Shown here: in pieces, positions 9,868-20,912 of the stretch
Position numbering within the stretch: the stretch's first letter is position 1
How the letters are laid out: every line of letters starts with the position of its first letter
Source of the DNA: Candidatus Saccharimonadota bacterium
Lineage (GTDB): Bacteria; Patescibacteriota; Gracilibacteria; Absconditabacterales; Absconditicoccaceae
Length of the DNA: 32,000 nt
Direction: 5' to 3'
NCBI GenBank assembly: GCA_965231145.1
Contig: OZ246420.1
Location: 720,001 to 752,000 of the forward strand
The notes under the pieces: model-generated
The model's database searches: none
The model's input: only the letters and a program-made list of their open reading frames with translations
Told to the model about the DNA's origin: nothing
Program-made: the position numbers and the translations under genes

Positions 9868-10659
9868 CTACTTAGCAAGCTTTAATATCCTAAACGAACC
9901 CCTTGCAACTAAAAGGAACACAATAGTTCCTATTATCAGGTCAGGATAAACTGAATGTGTGAAGTATACAATCACACCTGCAAGAATAACGCCAATATTA
10001 GCTATGACGTCATTTGAGGTAAAAATGTAACTCGCTTCCATATGAGCTTCTTTGCTCTTCTTCTTTTGGAGCAGATACAAAGATGCTGCATTTCCTATCA
10101 AAGCGAAAAGCGAAACCAAAATCATAGTTAGATAGTCAGGAGAACCTTCAAATCCTAAAAATCTACGCAAAACCTCAAATAATCCGAAAACAGCTAACGC
10201 AAGTTGAAAGTATCCACTTAGTTTAGCTACTCTCTTTTTCTTTGACATTATGCTCCCTACGACCATAAGGCTCATACCATAGACAATGGCATCTGCTAAC
10301 ATATCAAGCGAATCAGCAACCAATCCCATTGAGTTTGCTATCAAACCTGTGATGATTTCTATAACAAAAAATCCAGCGTTGATGGCAAAAACAATCCATA
10401 GGAGTTTTTTATCACTCATCTGTTCAGCTTCTCCAATGTTTTCAACTTCTTCTGAAGCTATTAGGCTTGAGTTGAAATTAAGCTCAGCGACACTTTGTTC
10501 AATTGCCTTAGTCTGCCCATCGTGGTAAACTATAAGAGTTCTATTGGGTATATCGAACTCAAGCTTTTTGATTTCCTCGTAAGGTTCTAATTTCATCCTA
10601 ATCATCTGCTCTTCCGATGGACAATCCATCTTAGTAACTTTGAATATTTCTTTTTTCAT
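9868..10659 (-). CDS. Cation diffusion facilitator (CDF) metal efflux transporter with an N-terminal HMA-like domain (263 aa)
   Basis: Uninterrupted track ORF. N-terminal FKVTKMDCPSEEQMIRMKL. CDF TM signature ANSMGLVADSLDMLADAIVYG. No TGA codon at all. Stop is TAG. Confidence 0.9.
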   Translation of the reverse strand: MKKEIFKVTKMDCPSEEQMIRMKLEPYEEIKKLEFDIPNRTLIVYHDGQTKAIEQSVAELNFNSSLIASEEVENIGEAEQMSDKKLLWIVFAINAGFFVIEIITGLIANSMGLVADSLDMLADAIVYGMSLMVVGSIMSKKKRVAKLSGYFQLALAVFGLFEVLRRFLGFEGSPDYLTMILVSLFALIGNAASLYLLQKKKSKEAHMEASYIFTSNDVIANIGVILAGVIVYFTHSVYPDLIIGTIVFLLVARGSFRILKLAK

Positions 10660-10705
10660 ATAATGAGTTTTAGGTAAAGTATTTATGTTTCATACTGTAG
10701 TATAT

Positions 10706-11122
10706 CTAATTGAACTGTATCTGAAAGCTATACATTCCCATAGCACACGTTCCATTAACAACATCTCAAGCTTTTTGTTCTGGCAGTTGCACTATATCAG
10801 ATCATTTTGGATCTAAGTTTTTTGAATAGCTCAGCTCAGGTATTCTTACAGCACTTTCACACCCATAAGCATTTCTCCCCTGTATTTTAATTTCTGTAGG
10901 CATTCCCGCCTTAGCAACAGTCATTTTTGGACTATATCCTTGCCCTGCAGTTATGGTGATTTGTTGCTTTCCATTTACCACTACTACATTTGAAGATGGC
11001 GCAGTTGAGACTGTTCAAGCATTGCTTGAAGTATTATCACCTTTGTAAAGTTTCACACCAGTAACTATACCTCCTACTAAGAGAACAGTTACAATGGCAA
11101 TAATAATGTTTGTTTTTGTCAT
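10706..11122 (-). CDS. Membrane-anchored cupredoxin-like small domain protein (138 aa)
   Basis: N-terminal TM IIIAIVTVLLVGGIV, then VVVVNGKQQITITAGQGYSP...YGCESAVRIPEL...GTCAMGMYSFQIQF. This is the type of protein commonly found next to HMA-permease and copA genes. Three TGA-Gly. Confidence 0.7.
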
Positions 11123-11132
11123 TGAAAAGAGA

Positions 11133-12137
11133 TTAAAGACTAAAGAAAGGCTGTATAATACCCAATGCAACAAGACTGCTTGAGAAGTTATAGAGCGCTA
11201 ATACGATCAAGATAATACCGATTGTTTTGAAGAAGAGGTTTGATGATGATGACTTTTGGATGGATTTTCATGTCACACTCAATAGTAAGAGCATAGGCAA
11301 AGTACCTAAAGCAAAGCTTAACATCGTCAACCCTCATGCTAAGAAGCTACCTGTAGAAAGTGTATATACCTGCATTGACTGTGTGAAACCGCATGGAAGA
11401 AAGAATGTTCCAATACCTATCAGAAGAGGTCAAAGAAATGAATTACCTTTTCAAGAAAAACGCTTAAAGATACCTCATCAAAATGCTACTCCCCCTCTTA
11501 CAACTCATAAAAGATTCAGTCATAGAATGAAGAGAACTACTGCTATAACCATATTTAGCACAATACTTACATTCTGCGAAAGTTGAAACGCTGCACCGAT
11601 CATTCATAAAATCCCTCAAAGAATGAAGAATCCTACAAGTCTTCCAATATGAAAGAGTGAATGCGGGCGAAATGAAGAGTTTTGTGAATATACCGTTCAT
11701 AAGGCTAAAACTACTCACCCTACAACTGCAAGGCAGCTTGATACCGATGCTATCAGTCCAATAATAAATGATGTTCCATACGTCCTATTTTCTGCGTTGA
11801 GCATTTGTAGCAATCCAAGTTTTTGAAGCTCTACAAATCCATATATCAAAGCAGCTGCCATGACAAAGGCAAGGATGTATTCTCACCGATTTATTGTTTT
11901 TTCTTGAGGTTCAGTATGTATACTATAACCATGAGGATGAAGCAAAGGATTCATAATAGCAGATAGCTGTTCAGGTGTCACTTCCTCATCACTATGAATT
12001 ACTTCCACAGTTTGACGTCTAAGACTTACTTTCACATGATTCACACCTTCGATTTCGCTTACTGTATCTTGTATCAAAAAGATACATGCCTTACAGTGCA
12101 TTCCTTTCACATGAAGCGTATGTGCTTGTTGATCCAT
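11133..12137 (-). CDS. HMA domain fused to a DsbD_2/TauE-like multi-pass permease (334 aa)
   Basis: Extends track ORF 11883..12137 (HVKGMHCKACI) through about 14 TGA. TM region has SSCLAVVGG and FFLPCGFTQ motifs. I checked the frame triplet by triplet and found no TAA or TAG. Confidence 0.75.
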
Positions 12138-12165
12138 TATGTAAAGTTTTTTACGAATAAAAGTC

Positions 12166-14436
12166 TTACAGTTTTGTATTTTTCAATCTGAGGCTATTTG
12201 CTACCACGCTTACACTACTCATCGCCATTGCAAGTCCTGCAAAAATAGGATTGAGTAGTACAGGATAAAAGAGACCTGCTGCAAGTGGTATTCATACTAT
12301 GTTATAGATAAACGCCCAAAAGAGGTTTTGCTTGATAGTTGCCATTGTTTTTCTAGAAAGCTTAATGGCTTTTACAAGCTTGCTTATATCTCCTGCTAAA
12401 AGTGTAATATCAGCAGTTTCTATAGCTACATCAGTACCTGTACCCATAGCAATTCCTACGTCAGCTAAAGCAAGTGCAGGCGCATCATTTACACCATCTC
12501 AACACATCGCTACGACCGCTCACTCCTCTTTCAGTGAACGAATTACATCTGCTTTTTGATGCGGCAACACTTCTGCTCTTACATCATCTATTCATACGAG
12601 GGAAGCAATATGTTCAGCGGTTTGTTTGTTGTCTCCAGTTAGCATTACTGCTTTTATTCAAAGACGATGAAGCTCAGCGATTGCTTCTTTCGCATTATCT
12701 TTGATAGTATCTGCGATTCCAAATATGGCCATTACCTCTTTATCTGTAGCAAGGAAGATTGGAGTTTTCCCTTGAGACGTAAGAGTAAGAATATCTTTGA
12801 GGTCATACGTTGCTCATATATCATCCATAAGCTTTATATTACCTGCATACCATGTAGCACCAGCTATTACTCACTCAACCCCTTTTCCTTCAATCATCTT
12901 GAACGAAGAAACTTCTTGAAGCTGCATGTTTTCTTTGCTCGCACTGTTCACAATAGCTTCAGCAAGTGGATGCTCAGATTGCTTTTCAAGGCTCGCTAAT
13001 ATTTGTAAGTCATTGGCTCTATAGTTTCCTATATAATCTACCAGTTCAGGTTTCCCTTTTGTGATAGTTCCTGTCTTATCAAAAACAACAGTTGTTACTT
13101 TATGCATTTTTTGCAGGCTTTCTGCATTCTTTATCAGTATACCCTGTTCTGCTCATTTACCCACACCCACAATAATTGCTGTTGGCGTGGCAAGTCATAA
13201 AGCACAAGGACAAGCAATTACTAATATACTTACAAAGGCAACTATACCCGTTACAAAGTTTCCTGTAATAATCCACACTATGAGTGATATTATTGCTAGA
13301 ATCAAGACGATTGGCACAAATATTGAAGAGATCTGGTCAGCAAGTTTTTGAATTGGAGCTCTTGATCCCTGGGCTTCCTGTACCATGTGGATAATATGCG
13401 CCAGCATACTATCTGACCCTAAAGACGCAGCTTTCACCTTGAGAAATCCTTGTTTATTTATTGTCCCTCAAATAACTTTCTCTCATTCTTTTTTCTCTAC
13501 TGGCATAGATTCACCTGTAATCATAGATTCATCTATACTGCTTGATCCACTGGCAATGATACCATCAACGGGAATTTTCGATCATGGCTTGATAAGTATA
13601 ATATCATTTTGTTGTACCTGCTCTATAGATATTTCCATTTCTTTTCCGTCTCTTTCTACGATCGCTGTTTTTGCTTGAAGGTTCAAAAGCTTTTCGATTG
13701 CTTCACCAGTTTTAAGCTTTGATTTCGTCTCAAGATATTTTCCATAGTAGATGAAACCAATAACGACAATAACCACATCATAGTAATGAATGCTCACATC
13801 TAAATAAGGAGCAAGAACCTCTTCAAATGCGCTTACTATAAAGCTATAAATGAATCAGACGAGAGTTCCAAGTCATATCAAGGTTTCCATACTTGCGACA
13901 CCAGTTTTCAAGAATCTCCACAAAGCTATGATGTATTGTTTACCAATAACAAATAATACATACGTGGCCATGAGAGGGAATGTATGATGCCAAAGCTCAT
14001 ATAGCCATTCTGACATTTCAGGAAAAAACCCTTGCTTACCTCATATATCAAGAATCATATATACAAAACTCAAAACCACAAAAGGAATGATGATGTTAAT
14101 GTTTTTTTTCATCCCTTTTATCTCTTCAAGCTTTTCGTCTTTCGTTTGATTCATCCCTAAATGAGCTGCATGTTCATCTGCTGACATTTTAGAATGATCC
14201 ATCTTACTATGATCTACTTTTGGAGCAGAGCCAATAAGCTGATACCCCATAGGCTCAATAGACCTATTCATATCTTCTATACTCACCGTTTCAGGATCAA
14301 AGTTAAGCTTAGCAGTATCAGTAGCAATATTCACTTCACATTCTTCCACTCATGGAAGCTTTTTGAGTGACTTTGTGATATTATGTGCACAGCTGGCACA
14401 GTGCATCCCTTTCACTTTATATGTATCTTGCATCAT
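12166..14436 (-). CDS. copA: Copper-translocating P1B-type ATPase (756 aa)
   Basis: Joins track ORFs 12871..13107, 13195..13437, 13582..13797 and 14041..14349. Motifs are GMHCASCA (HMA), [39 protein letters not shown] and [16 protein letters not shown] checked the whole frame for TAA and TAG. Confidence 0.95.
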
Positions 14437-14460
14437 TCTTTTGCTAGAAAGTAAAATATA

Positions 14461-15600
14461 TTATGGAGTTCACCCTATTCAGTTTGTCCAAATACTTATA
14501 CCATTGGGCATTTTACCTACTGGAATAGTACTCTCAACTTTATTATCTATATTATTTATAACTGTGACCGTATTACTAAGAAGATTTGTAACATATGTTT
14601 TCTCTCCATTTGGAGATATAACTACTCCATGTGGAGCTTCTCATCCTATATACTTTTCTACAACATCAAGACTATTTGCATCAATTTTATAAATACTACT
14701 TCCAACAGGTTCATCAAAATAATATCACTGATCTGCCACATAAATATATGCACTATCTGGCGTAGAATATAGCTGTATTGGTCATACTGATCACTCTGGC
14801 AAACTCACCGTCTTAACTTCTTTACTAGCAATCTCATAACGAGCAATACTTTTAGCATTGTAGAGAGAAGCAAACACGTACTTATTATCTGGCGTTACTG
14901 CCACCTGAATTACTTTTCAATTCAATGGAATGATTTCTGACGTATAAGTCACTGTATCTATCTTCGCTATTCATCTTTCTCCTATAAGTGCAACATAAAG
15001 CGTTGTCCCATTGGCAGATAAACGCAATCAGTGAGGCTGCGCTCAATCAGGCAATACTACTGTTTGTTTTACTTTTTTGGTTGTTAAGTCTACTACATAG
15101 ACCTTTCATTTATCCTGAGACGTAACATATGCTGTACTATCGTCATGACTTATTACTGCATGTGCTAGATGCGCTCACTTATCAAGGCTAACACGTCAGA
15201 TAACAGTATCGGTCAGCGGATCGATGATAACTAACTCATCGTTATTTGTTTCTTCTACCGTATGTCATTCTTTTTCATCTTCCTTTATGTTCGCTGTTAT
15301 AACTACTACTGTTCCTTTGGGTCATACTTGGACATTATGTGCCGAGAACGATAAAAGCTTACCATAGTATTGCTCTGTTAAGCTTATTGTTTTTATCACA
15401 GTATTTTTATCTGCATCGATAACACTTACTGCACTTTCTCATTCATTTGCTATGTATATCTTCTGATTTACTGACATATTAATATCTTGTTTTTTCTCAA
15501 ACGAGAAATTTCTATTCGCTCATTTTATCGTCAACATCAACCATAATAAGAGCCCAAAGGCAAATACACCAATAACTACAACAACTCATTTGTATTTCAT
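14461..15600 (-). CDS. YVTN-family beta-propeller repeat protein with an N-terminal signal anchor (379 aa)
   Basis: The frame is open only under table 25; about 18 of about 31 Gly codons are TGA. Repeats of the type YIANE-G-ESAVSVID, AYVTSQDK-G-KVYVVD and KTYVTNLLSNTVTVI. Confidence 0.8.
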
Positions 15601-15627
15601 ATCTGTATAGCTTAGAAAGTAAAAAAG

Positions 15628-15906
15628 CTATTTTCTCGTGCTTACATCCCGTACTCTTACTAACTCATCTACAAACTCCTCTACTTCAGCTTTGTCTTTT
15701 GAAACCAGCTTAGTCTTACCACAGCACTTCAAATGGTTTTTGAGAAGTTGTCTGTTTGCTTCTTTTAAAAGACCTTGAGCTGCGTTGATTTGGTTCGCAA
15801 TATCAGCACAATAAATATCGTTCTCGATCATCTGTAAGACTTTATCTAATGTGCCTCTAGCCTTCTTAACTCACATTGAGATCTTATCCTTATTACTTCA
15901 AAGCAT
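15628..15906 (-). CDS. csoR: CsoR/RcnR-family metal-sensing repressor (92 aa)
   Basis: Extends track ORF 15628..15831 upstream through 2 TGA to ATG 15904-15906. KKARGTLDKVLQMIENDIYCADIANQINA...NHLKCC gives the C...H...C ligand pattern of the DUF156 family. Confidence 0.85.
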
Positions 15907-15932
15907 GGTTCATAACTTAATGGTAAAACATG

Positions 15933-15947
15933 ACCCTATGGTAGGGT
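15933..15947. promoter_or_regulatory. Candidate CsoR operator (inverted repeat ACCCT-N5-AGGGT)
   Basis: Lies 27 nt upstream of the csoR start. It resembles the G/C-tract inverted repeats bound by CsoR-family repressors. Confidence 0.35.
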
Positions 15948-16045
15948 TATAGCAAAGATACCTATTATTGCAAGGGGAAATAAAAGCTGAGTTGCATCTT
16001 ATCACTAAAAGCGTACATATAAGATATTTACTCATCAAGATCGAC

Positions 16046-17272
16046 ATGAAATATCAGTCATATTATCCATATCCTCTTCAGGTTGATTTTGAAAGTCCGT
16101 TATGGGATTTCATCAAAAAAGATTGAAACGAAAAAATTGTATGAGATCTTATGGTAAAACGGATGCAAAATTGACTACGCTATAAGCGCATGAATAATGG
16201 AAAGATGGAAAGCTTTATATCTGAAACCTTAATGGCTATCAGATATTGATTACCGCCTGAGAAAAAAGATGATTGAATATATGTAAGTGGACTTTATTTA
16301 GTAGTAAGTCGCATTATCGAAGTCCTTATCACAAGAATGAAAGATTGCGGAGTTGATGATTGAGTGTTAGTAAGAATACTTATGTGAGGGATGCTTCACG
16401 AGTATTATACGACTGGTGAATATGGAGAAAAACTCCGAGATATTCTTGATGAAGAATGAGCAAAACAGAAGGCTGCTAAATGAAAATTTGTAAAAACACC
16501 TGTATCACAGTTACGGACTAAGCTTATTCCATTTCATACTGAATACGCATCTCAGAAAAGGAATGAAGCAGAATATAAACTATGAAAATTCCTTACTGGG
16601 ATTCTTAAAGGGAAAATACCTGTAATGACAATGGACATACTGAAAGCAGCGACAACAACTTCCATTATAGAGCCTGAGTTATTAAAATTCGATAAAGAGG
16701 GAATAAAAATAACTAAAGAAGATTTTCCAAACGACCCTGACATAGTCAAAGGATTTCAGCAAACACGTATTTTAAGAAAGTGTGAACTTTACGAAATAAA
16801 TCTGCTCATCTGTATAGTGGCCGCTATATACCAAGAGGAAGAATTATTCCTGTATTTTGACCCTTACCATCTTAGACTATGAATATGCGATAGAAAGAAC
16901 TTAGTCATCAAAAGAGACCATGTAAACCTGATAATGAGCTTTACTAATATACTTCATAGCATCTTCTGTGAGCATTGCATCAAGATAGCATTTGGTAAGT
17001 TTGATATAGATTTCTCTACTCTAACACCTGATGAGACAGCAGATGTACTAAAAAAGATGTTAGATGACCTTTATAGTCAACTTTCAAAAGTGTGTCCTGA
17101 TGATCTCACAGTAACCGTTGAATGAAAGGTAGAAGATATGTGAAAATTTGCTGAAGTAGATGAAGCAATAACTCATTGAAAGGTTGGATTTGATAAGCAT
17201 GATGGTAAGAAAAAATGAATTATTTTTAAGGTAAAAAAGAATTTGAATAGCTACAGGAAAAAGATAAAATAA
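16046..17272 (+). CDS. Hypothetical protein (408 aa), no recognisable domain
   Basis: Joins track ORFs 16625..16882 and 16934..17125 and extends upstream to ATG 16046 through many TGA. I verified the frame triplet by triplet. TAA at 17270-17272. Confidence 0.6.
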
Positions 17273-17359
17273 TGCTACGCCCTTCAGCAAAGGGAAATTT
17301 ACTGGGATGGTTTTTCACACGCTTCCTTAGCAGGAAGAGAAGAGCCTACCCCGACTGTT

Positions 17360-17527
17360 ATGACCACAGATAAAGTAAGGGACATTCTATGAGAAGAGTA
17401 TCAAGATCTTCCTGATGAGAAAATCCAAGACATCATCAAGATCTGCAGAGCTATCGCAAGATACGCTATCGAAAACTACTCAGAAATCTCAAAGAAACAC
17501 AACCCTGAAGAGGAACAAGACGCTTAA
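17360..17527 (+). CDS. Small acidic protein (55 aa) upstream of recombinase 2; related to the 25947..26138 product
   Basis: MTTDKVRDILGEEYQDLPDEKIQDIIKICRAIARYAIENYSEI. Pattern D..I.DII..C..IA.Y.IEN matches E..L.EFIN.CKRIANILIDYAEEN upstream of recombinase 3. Confidence 0.45.
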
Positions 17528-17541
17528 CAGCGTCTTTTCTT
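17519..17541 (+). terminator. Rho-independent terminator
   Basis: gacgct-taac-agcgtc followed by ttttcttt. It overlaps the stop of the small ORF. Confidence 0.5.
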
Positions 17542-17633
17542 TGACCAAGAACAATAAAGTAAGTTGAACTTGCATTATTACATAATAAGACTATGAATGA
17601 GCTAATTATTTGTATCTTTCGAGAGTTTAACAA

Positions 17634-19358
17634 ATGGCAAGAAAAAGAAATCTTTTACAGTACGATATTGCCAATCAAAGTCCTGTGTTTTCTGCTTGAG
17701 AAAAAGTAATAGATAAAGGCAAGAAGCAGTGAATCATCTATGCAAGAGTTTCTACAGAAGAACAAAAGAAAGATGGAAATGGGATAAATGCTCAAATCAC
17801 TGACTGTAAGAATTGGGCAAAAAGAAACGAAGTTGAGGTAGTAAACATATATACTGATGAAGCTATATCCTGAACAGATCTAACAAGACCATGATTCAAT
17901 ACAGCTATCAAATTCATAGAACAACAGAACAAGAAAGGAAACTTCATTGAGTATTTTATATGTAACTCCACTTCAAGATTTTCAAGATCACCTGAACTAT
18001 GAAAAACTTTTGATATGGTAGGAAGGGTACAGATAGCCTGAGCTAAGTTAGTCTCTGTAGGTAACTGATGAGTAATAGAGACCAATACTGAAGAGTGACT
18101 TATACAATCAACACTGAGCTTCATGAGTGATGCTCTTGAATCTATGAAAGGAAGTAAAAGAGTGAAATATGGTCTTAAAGGAAAAATCTATGAAGGATTG
18201 CGACCATTTTCTCAATGTCCTATGGGATACGAAAGAATAGTAATAGAAAGATGAGGTAGAAACATAAAGAAGCTTATCAGAAAAGAACCTCATGCAACCA
18301 TCCTTGCAGATGGTCTTAAACTCTTTGCTGACTGATCTCTTATGACGAAGCAAGATCTCTTTCTCTATTTTGAGGAACAATGACTAAGATCAAACAGCAA
18401 GAAGAACAAACAAGAAAAGCTTCATAAAAGCGTAGTGTATAATACAATCTTAGATCTATGGAAACTGTATGTGTATGCAGGCTATCTGACGTATCCACCA
18501 CTCTGAATAAATGAGCTTATTCCAGCAGATCATCCTGCGCTTATAGATTTAGATACTCTCAGCAAGATCATGAAGAGGTTGAGCTATGATAAAGAAACAG
18601 TAAACCAAGAAACAAAAAAATACGATATGGATTCTCAAGACTACCCTCTTACAAGAATACTACAATGTGAAGAGTGCTGAAAATGAGTAACCAAGCGAAA
18701 GTCGAAATCTAAGACCTGAGACTATCACCATTACTATGGTTGCAACAACCCTGATTGCACCTTACATAAAAAGTCTATCAAAAGAGACGAAGTACATAAT
18801 GCAGTAAGAGAGAAGCTTACTACTCTTTCTGTTTGAGACAAAATGATAAAGGTCTTAGAGTTAGTTTACAAAGAAGAATTACAACTCATTACCAAAGACA
18901 AGAAGGTAAGAAACAAATCAAAAGAAGAAAGGATTGCAAACCTACAGAAAGAAATGAAAGCCTTAGAAAACATCATGGAAAAAATAACGAACGATCAACT
19001 CTTCCAGAAGAAACAGGAAGAATGGGCAAAACTCAATCAAGAAGTTGAGAATATCCATAAGGAGATAGACGATCAAGACTTCCAAAAAGATGAACAGGAT
19101 AAAGTCTTTAATGAAGCAAAGACTATTTTATGCAATCCTGCCGCTATCCGAGATTTTGGAGATGCTGAATTAAAGCAGTTAGTAATTAGGGTGTGCTTCA
19201 ACAACAAAATTATGTATAAAAAAAATCAAGGGTTGCACACCCCTGAAATATCAGGTATCTATTTAGCTAAAGAGCGATTATCATATTCGTCATTACGTAA
19301 ATCTGGAGACATTGAGTTTATTTCTGAACACCTATGACTTGACTGAGGGTGAATTTAA
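17634..19358 (+). CDS. Large serine recombinase (574 aa)
   Basis: Motifs IIYARVSTEEQ (catalytic Ser), SG-TDLTRP-G-F, Zn ribbon CEEC-G-K...YYGCNNPDC, and coiled coil (track ORF 18843..19337). The frame is continuous from ATG 17634 through about 20 TGA. It reads past TGA 19335-19337 to TAA 19356-19358. Confidence 0.9.
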
Positions 19359-19580
19359 GGAGGAAATGCTGAAATTCTACTACTTTGGACTTAGCTTGGC
19401 AAAAGCCGGCAATCTTGAAAGATACCGCAAATACTCCTCATTTCTCTCACATGACAGTATATGAACTATAGGGAATACGTAAAAAAAGTTATTTTTTCTC
19501 GGATAAACTATATAAAGATATAGTAAGGTACGGTTGGAATAGCATTCCAATTCCTTATATTCTTACCAAATAACGTATTT

Positions 19581-19793
19581 ATGCCTGCTCTACCTGAAGC
19601 AAGTAAACCAACCACACAAAAATGAGATAGAATAATCACCAAATTGATGCTTTATCTCATAACCCACTTAATTATGGGAATACTTTGGATATCACAACTC
19701 TTTATAGAGACCTCACTAGAGCAATCTGTACAACAACTTACTGCGAGTTCAAGTCCTCAAAATGCTATTTGTCATAAGGTAGAGGTGACATAA
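19581..19793 (+). CDS. Small single-TM protein (70 aa)
   Basis: ATG 19581, TAA 19791-19793. TM helix LMLYLITHLIMGILWISQLF. One TGA-Gly. Confidence 0.35.
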
Positions 19794-19818
19794 ATATGTT
19801 GTAATATATTTTACTATC

Positions 19819-20292
19819 ATGGCCAAAAGCGGAAAAGAAAACATTAAGGTATTCATTAATACCTGCTATACTGAAATATGAGCACAAGTGGCAGAATTGC
19901 AGTCTTATAAAAGCACTCTAGCCATTATTTTTTCTGCAATAGCTATAATATTAACCGTACTTCCCAACGAAGTTACTATACATTTAGACAAAGATTATAA
20001 CGTAATTAAGGTGTTTCAAGGATATTGCATATTAATCACAGTATATACGCTTGTATTAATCTGAATTAGCTATCATCGAGGTATCAATATACAAAAATTA
20101 AGCACTATATCCGTAGATGAAGAGGATTATTTGCAACAAACTGCCCAGAATTTAACGTCAATTATTAAGAAAAATGACGTTATATTAAGTAGACAGCAAC
20201 GAAACCTCGGTATTATATTTCTTTCTATATTATTGGTACTACTAGCTACAATATCTATAGTATTTATTGGATATGAAGTCGTTATTAAATAA
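19819..20292 (+). CDS. Three-TM membrane protein (157 aa)
   Basis: ATG 19819, TAA 20290-20292. TM helices LAIIFSAIAIILTVL, GYCILITVYTLVLIGISY and LGIIFLSILLVLLATISIVFI. Frame verified. Confidence 0.5.
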
Positions 20293-20307
20293 TCACCCCC
20301 GCTTATT

Positions 20308-20901
20308 ATGTCCCATATTTCTAAAGAAGAAGAGAAAATCAAATTAGGTCTTATAAAGGCAATCCAATACATAAACTTATACAATTGAGAGAAAGATGAA
20401 TATAAAAGATTTTGCTATTTAAAAGATGCTTTTCTTATAGCTACAGAATTTACACCAACAGCATTTATTAAAGAGCATATATGAAAAAAGACTAGCGACC
20501 AATCAATACTAGCAAAGATTAAGCTATTAAAAATCACAAGACATTTGCTTTCTCATTACCCCTTTTTCTCGTCCTGAGATGAAATTTTTATCGATTACGA
20601 AATGATGAAGGGAGGGCAAATTATATCTTATTTCGAATGAATAGATAAAAGTCCTATTCATATCCAATATCAATATATTTCTTGAGAAGAAGTAAACTGT
20701 GAAATCTGTATTCCTCCTCTATGACCTAATTGACGCTTCTTTTTTAATGAAATGTTTAAATTTACTGAAAATCGCTTCTCTAATGATAAAAACGCACCTT
20801 TAGTAGTAATGACGATGATTGCTCTTACTCTTTTTCAAGAATATATAAGGTCTATACCCGGGTTAGACAAAAAACTGTCAATTCATTGGGAAAATACTTA
20901 A
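20308..20901 (+). CDS. Hypothetical protein (197 aa) containing an R-x4-H element (KITRHLLSHY)
   Basis: ATG 20308, TAA 20899-20901, 8 TGA-Gly, frame verified. The Rx4H match is short and could be chance. Confidence 0.5.
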
Positions 20902-20912
20902 TAGAGAATAAA

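Noticed and set aside
12332-13678. Plus-strand track ORFs (12332..12559, 12474..12704, 12667..12999, 13061..13351, 13385..13678) as genes
   Set aside because: They lie antisense to a fully conserved P-type ATPase frame and have low-complexity, Ser/Leu/Ile-rich products. They are typical shadow ORFs.
19782-19789. 8-mer GAGGTGAC shared with the tmRNA 3' end (27710-27717) as an att-site duplication marking an element boundary
   Set aside because: An 8-mer match is expected by chance in 32 kb on two strands. Serine recombinases do not create long direct repeats.
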